Below are positions 56,478-64,000 of a stretch of DNA of 64,000 nucleotides, piece after piece. The position numbers were made by a program, and so were the translations under genes. The notes under the pieces are model-generated. The model ran no database searches, was not told the origin of the DNA, and was given only the letters and a program-made list of their open reading frames with translations. Within the stretch, counting starts at the first letter, position 1. Every line of letters starts with the position of its first letter. Source of the stretch: the human T2T-CHM13v2.0 reference genome, Homo sapiens; assembly GCF_009914755.1 (NCBI RefSeq), contig NC_060928.1, one strand, 5' to 3'.

Positions 56478-58989
56478 TAGCCAGGATTACAGGAACGCGC
56501 CATCATGCCCGGCTAATTTTTGTATTTTTGTAGAGACGAGATTTCACCATGTTGGCCAGGCTGATCTTGAACGCCTGACCTCAGGTGATCTGCCCAACTT
56601 GGCCTCCCAAAATGCTGGGATTACAGGTGTGAGCCAACATGCCCGGCCTTAATTAATTTCTAAATCACAAAATCTAAACAACAAGTGGCTAGGAGCTACC
56701 ATAGTGTACAAGGCAGCTGTGGAATCACAGGAAATTGTCAATGACCCTGTCCTGCTTCAAGTTGACTTTTCCCCCTCATGGTGAGACTCTAGATTCTTTC
56801 CTCTTCTCTCACATTTTTTAGACTTTTAGGATTAGACCATGAAAATAAGTTCTGTCCTTCCAAGAAAATAACGTCCATAACAATTTCTGTATACCAGGAT
56901 GATTTCAGTGCTTTACATGTATTAATTTACAACTACTCTGAGGCTGGAGCTGTGATTATGCCCATTTAACAGATGACAAAACTGAGGCACAAAGCGGTGC
57001 TGGAACTTCTCAAAGTCACACAGGTAGCAGGAGGCAGAGCTCGGATTTGAACTCACTTTGGGTTCAGCAACTCACAGCTCTCATCTATGACATAATATTA
57101 CTTCTGTGGTCAAAACGCTTAGATCTGGATTTCACAGGAATCTTGTGCTTGCCTGGCTGCTAGGGAGGTTTTCATCATCTTCCTTATCTCACAGTTCAAA
57201 ACCCAGGACCTCCATGCTCTTGCTATGGTGGCCGTTCACTGGCAGGAGGCTTCTGGGAAGGTTCTCCTTTTCTGTCATTTTTCTTATTCGTGGTTTTTTG
57301 TCTCATTGGTGTTTATCTGCAGAACTTTGTTTCCTTCTGCTCAATTCATAATCAGAGTGCTTTTCCTCCTGGCTGAATTCATAAGTGTTTGTGCAAAAAG
57401 AGGTTGGCGCAGAGCCAGGTGACTGACGACACCCAGCTCATCTGGCAAGTGGATATCAAATTGTTGTATCTCGTTCTGCCATTCACAGCTCCGCCGTGGG
57501 GCTGGGTCATCTGCCAGCTCTCCAAGGAGCTGGTGGGAAACCACTGAAATCAGAGCGAACCCACGGCCCGGGTGAGCCCGCCTTGGCACAGCACTCCAGC
57601 TGACCCCCAGTGCCTTTTGGGAACACATCTGCATTGCCAGGCAGGGCTGTGGGAGGGCCGCCTGCCTCCTGTCCATCACAGAGAAAACCTACCCTTGTCC
57701 CGCGTCCCTTCTAGGCAGCCTGTGTGGGGATTGCTGCATTCACCTTTAATATGGCTAAAATGTTTTCCTTCAATGACAGTAATGCTGCCAGAACCCATCA
57801 AGACACCCAGGAACTGATGTGCCTTGGCAGATGATGCTGGAAAGATGGGATTCCCGGCAGCCTTTGCATCTGTTGCTCACAGCCCACGAGCATCTCCACC
57901 GTCCAGCAGGTCAGGGCACGGTCTCTCTCTCTCTCTCTCACGGTCTCTCTCTCACGGTCTGGGCAGAAAGAGAGAAGTCCATCTGGAGCAGACTCGGATT
58001 TTAAATGAGTGTCCCCAATAATTTAACATGATTGATGGCTGAGGTATTTCACCAAGTTCAGGAGTCCCAGTTCTCAGAGAGAGGCAGCCAGCCATGACTG
58101 TAAGACCTGGGCAAACCGTACAAACCAGACAGCAGGTCTCACCCCTCCCCAGAGAGCTCCAGAGTATCAAAGAGTGAAACAGCAGAGGGATGGTCTGGGT
58201 GGGGTCATCATGGCTGGCAAGGGTCTGTGACAGCACCTTGTTAGGCTACCCCCAAGAGGAAATTTGGAGAGAGGGTGGGAGGGCAGCTCTCAGTGCAAGC
58301 TAAGTCTCCTGGAAAGTAACTTCCAAACTTTGGAGGATTGTGAGCAAGATGGGACCAGCAACTTCTACCTAAAAGAATGTTAATAGCAAGATAACTCATC
58401 CTAATATTGGTCTAAGCTAGGTCTTTATTATGCATCATAAAGTTTCTGAGAATAACAATGTAACCTCCAAAAGGGCTGCGGGCTTTGAGGAATCTCAGGC
58501 AACTCGCTTCCTTCTGCTCAGTGACTCCCCTGGAGCACAGCAAAGCAAGGAAACACTTAGAGCCAAGCTTGAGTTCGAATTTCAAATACAGGGAGTCCAT
58601 CTCTTTCTACCCAATTGTTCCCTAGAATCAGTAACTAAGTCCTTCCCCTTAATGGCACGTACTTCCTACCAAAGCACAAGAGCGATGGGCTGTCCATGAG
58701 CCTCCCCAAAACATGTGCACCTTGTGACATAAATTCAGTCACCCAAAGAGACCACACAAAATGCAAAACCAAAGTGGAGCCTTTCCTTGAATTATAGGTT
58801 CCAAAGAGTTTTGGACCCTCTACAAAACCCAAGAGTTAGGAATTGCCTGTAAGAAGCACCAGCCCTTGTTTTAAAGAGGCAATTTAGGAATAATAGCCAT
58901 GCTGATGCCACACTACGCTAAGGGAGAATAATGAACCTAATAAAACTAGCGATTTTCTAATTGCTTTTGCTGCTGGAAACACTGATTAT

Positions 58990-59245
58990 TTTATATATAT
59001 ATATATTATATATTATATATTTAATATATATAATATATATAATATATATTTAATATATATAATATATATAATATATAATATATATTATATAATAAATACC
59101 CATTCTTTTGCATCCAATTAAGTGTTCAGATTATTTCTCAGAAGTATTTGTTGAAAATAGCACTTCTGATAATCAAGTATCCCAAATAAACAGAGTCAAG
59201 TGTGGTGTGGTACATGTGTGAGTGTGTGTGTGTGTGTGTGTGTGC
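58990..59245. repeat. AT-rich (TA)n low-complexity tract and (TG)n
   Basis: Seen directly at ~58990-59095 and ~59214-59245. Confidence 0.9.
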
Positions 59246-59816
59246 ACACATGTGTTTTTCTGGAGCTCGTTTTATGGAGATCCCGCATAGCTCCCCAAAT
59301 TCCTATGAGACCAAATAAGAAAAATCACAGTTTCCTAAGACTACAGCTTGGAATATCTTTGGAAAAGGTGTGTATTGAGAACACAGCATATGGAAACTAT
59401 TTCACGTTGGCAATATCTGTGATTTAACATTGCAAACATTAGAAATACAACTGGTTCTTCAGAGCTACCTAAGTCCCTCATAATGGCAATATTAGCTTCT
59501 TCTAAATAATAAATTAGCCAGTCAAACTGTGTTCTACTGCATGTTAGAAGTTTCATCCTTCTCGTCAATGTCACATTTCAAGGCAAAGTCGATTTATATG
59601 TAAGTTAAACAAAGTGCTGTCGCTAAAAGTTGAGAATTATGTCTAATGCCCATCAGAAATGGAATAAATAAGTATTAGAGGATTTGCAAGTGAAAGCAAC
59701 CATAGAAATGCTATCATCAGGAAGGAAAATGTATTACCTGCAGAGGTTACAGATAAGACGCTAGAACCCAAAAGAGAAAGAATACCTGTAAATATTTCCA
59801 TTAAGTTAATCAAGAG

Positions 59817-60181
<365 letters not shown>

Positions 60182-61504
60182 TTAATCAGGGTGAGAATAG
60201 GATGAGTTTTTCACCCACAAAAGGAGATGAGATTCATGCATTCTTTCAACATGCATTCCATCAATAGTGAGCACCTGCTCTGAGCTAGGCCTGTTCTAGG
60301 TCCCAGGAAATGGGTAACCAACCAGACATGGCCCCTGATTTGGAGCTCACATTTTAGAGCAGCTAAATGGACAGTAAACAAGTGAGCAAATTAAGATCAT
60401 CTTAAATTGGGGGAAGTTCTTTAGAGAAGCACTTCCATAAAGCTGAATCGCATCACAGACTATGACTGCCAGGCAGTAGGGAAGGTAATATCTCACCTGC
60501 CTGTGGATAGCAGAGCTTCTGAGGCCTTGCAAAGTATTTAGTAGTAAGATTTCTGTCTTAGCTCAAGTTCCCTAAAAGCAGAGCCTGAGGCAGGGATTGA
60601 GTGCATGTAATTGATTCAGGAAGAACTCTCAGGAGATAGGAGTAAGGAAAACAGGATATGGCAGGGCAGGAGCTAAGTGAGATGTGGTCTCAGCAGGAGA
60701 CTGGCTCCAGTCTGATCTCACAGGGAGCGCCAGAGGATGAACTGCACCACTATGTTATCCCAGCCTAAGCTGTTTTGTTCTCCTGTGTCAGCCGGTCCCT
60801 GGCCAAGGGCTGCAGACTCTCTGGGGGCCCCAGCAGACTGGAGGAGAAGGAGCATGCTCTGTGGTCTACTCTTTTGTGCACACCCACCCACCTCTTCCCC
60901 AGCTGACACTGCTGGAGGAGGAGAGGGAGAGATGTCATCTCCTCCTATGGAAACCTGTGGGATGGCAATGGACCTTTTCTTGTTGGGTGTAATCTGCTGC
61001 CATCTCTTGCTGTCTGCAGCCTGATACAGAAGGGTGAAGGTCACCAGGTTCCACTGACAGGGGTCTTTGTCTCAAGTGGCAACCCTAGGACCGTGGGTCC
61101 CTTGCAAGATTCAGTCACATTTCAAGACTGTCTGCAACACACCCCATGCCTCTGATGGAAGGAACACAATGCCCCATGCTGCACACATTTCTGCCAGACT
61201 GGGGTCCCTGATCTCAATTTTCCTCTGCAGTCCCCAGCTCTGGGGTCTGCAGACACATTTCAGATCACTTCTTAGTATCTCCCAGGAGGCAGAAGCCAGA
61301 GGAAATAATCCTTGTCCCAATGCACCTGAGCATGCCACCTCACTACATGCTCTTTCTCCCTCTCCAGGAAAAATCAAGCTTGTTGAATACTTACCAATAT
61401 GCCCACATGCATTTAGTCCCCATAACCACTTCTTGGGGCAGCATTACCATCCCCAAGTTACAGACAAGGAAACTGAGGAGAGCATTAATATAACATGCAT
61501 CTAA

Positions 61505-63315
<1,811 letters not shown>

Positions 63316-63490
63316 ATATATACATATATATGTATATATAGACACACATATATACATGTATATGTATATATGTATATAGACACACATATATACATGTACA
63401 TGTATATATGTATATGTATATATGTATGTGTGTATATATACATGTATACGTGTATATATGTGTGTGTATATATATATGTATATATATAAA
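63316..63490. repeat. Degenerate (TA)/(CA)/(TG) simple repeat
   Basis: Alternating purine-pyrimidine tract. Confidence 0.9.
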
Positions 63491-63862
63491 AAACACACAT
63501 GCACAAATTCACCACCACCAACTCAGAAATTACCCTCTCCCTCTATTCTAAGGAATTATTTTTCATCTTGCCATCTCTGAAGTTGGAATACACCTTACAA
63601 TCACTGGAATGTCACGGTCTCCTTGGCAGCATTTTTCTGCTTAGTAGCCCATAACATAATAGCACATCTTGTAACTAACAATGTTGTAGATGCTATGAGA
63701 TCCTCGGGAAGCCCAGAATCTAACTCCACCCTGTCTGACTCCAAAGATCACATATTTCCTATGCCTTTGGACTGGGGCACAGATGTAGACAACTCGAGCT
63801 TTGCTGATTGTGAGAAAGGTATGAGAAACAGCCCTGATGGAATTTTCTTCTTGTACTTGCAG

Positions 63863-64000
63863 GGGAACAAAGCGGCATCATTCCATTATTCCAGGGGAGG
63901 TGCTAAATACAAGGGTGAGGCTGTCAAGCGGTCCCTGGTGGAGTCCTACATTCACCCAAACAGCAACGAGACAGAGCGGAGGGGAACATCGATACTGTCA
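63863..64000 (+). pseudogene. ENPP7-like pseudogene exon 3 (continues beyond window)
   Basis: Acceptor ttttcttcttgtacttgcAG, phase 0. Reads GNKAASFHYSRGGAKYKGEAVKRSLVESYIHPNSNETERR, then a 1-nt deletion, then NIDTV. Collinear with ENPP7 GLRAGSFFYPGGNVTYQGVAVTRSRKEGIAHNYKNETEWRANIDTV. Confidence 0.9.

Noticed and set aside
57341-57679. 112-aa minus-strand ORF as a processed pseudogene
   Set aside because: No homology recognised, and no poly(A) tail or TSD.

Overview
This is human or other primate genomic DNA, very rich in repeats, with no intact cellular protein-coding gene. The backbone is a + strand unprocessed pseudogene of the ENPP7 (alkaline sphingomyelinase, NPP family) type. Three exons are recognisable with phase-compatible junctions: ~2547-2795, 54212-54359 and 63863-64000 (truncated by the window end). 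All three carry frameshifts, a stop or a dead splice site. Its ~51-kb intron 1 holds, all in sense orientation: a full-length L1PA with an AluY in ORF1, a 5'-truncated L1PA, a 5.8-kb deleted HERV-H provirus nested in a MaLR LTR, an ERV1 solo LTR nested in an Alu, and a full-length old type-2 HERV-K(HML-2) provirus. There are also about 40 Alus, hAT DNA-transposon relics and microsatellites. This content resembles the ENPP7P/FAM86/ALG1L/OR7E segmental-duplication family, which is inferred from memory rather than mapped. I see no wholly new biological system. The best leads are (1) a 2-nt insertion that would make the canonical rec splice encode a 155-aa Rec/Np9 chimera, and (2) the pseudogene looking like the fossil of an ancient, divergent ENPP7 paralog rather than a recent ENPP7 copy. 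All reference comparisons are from memory and by hand.
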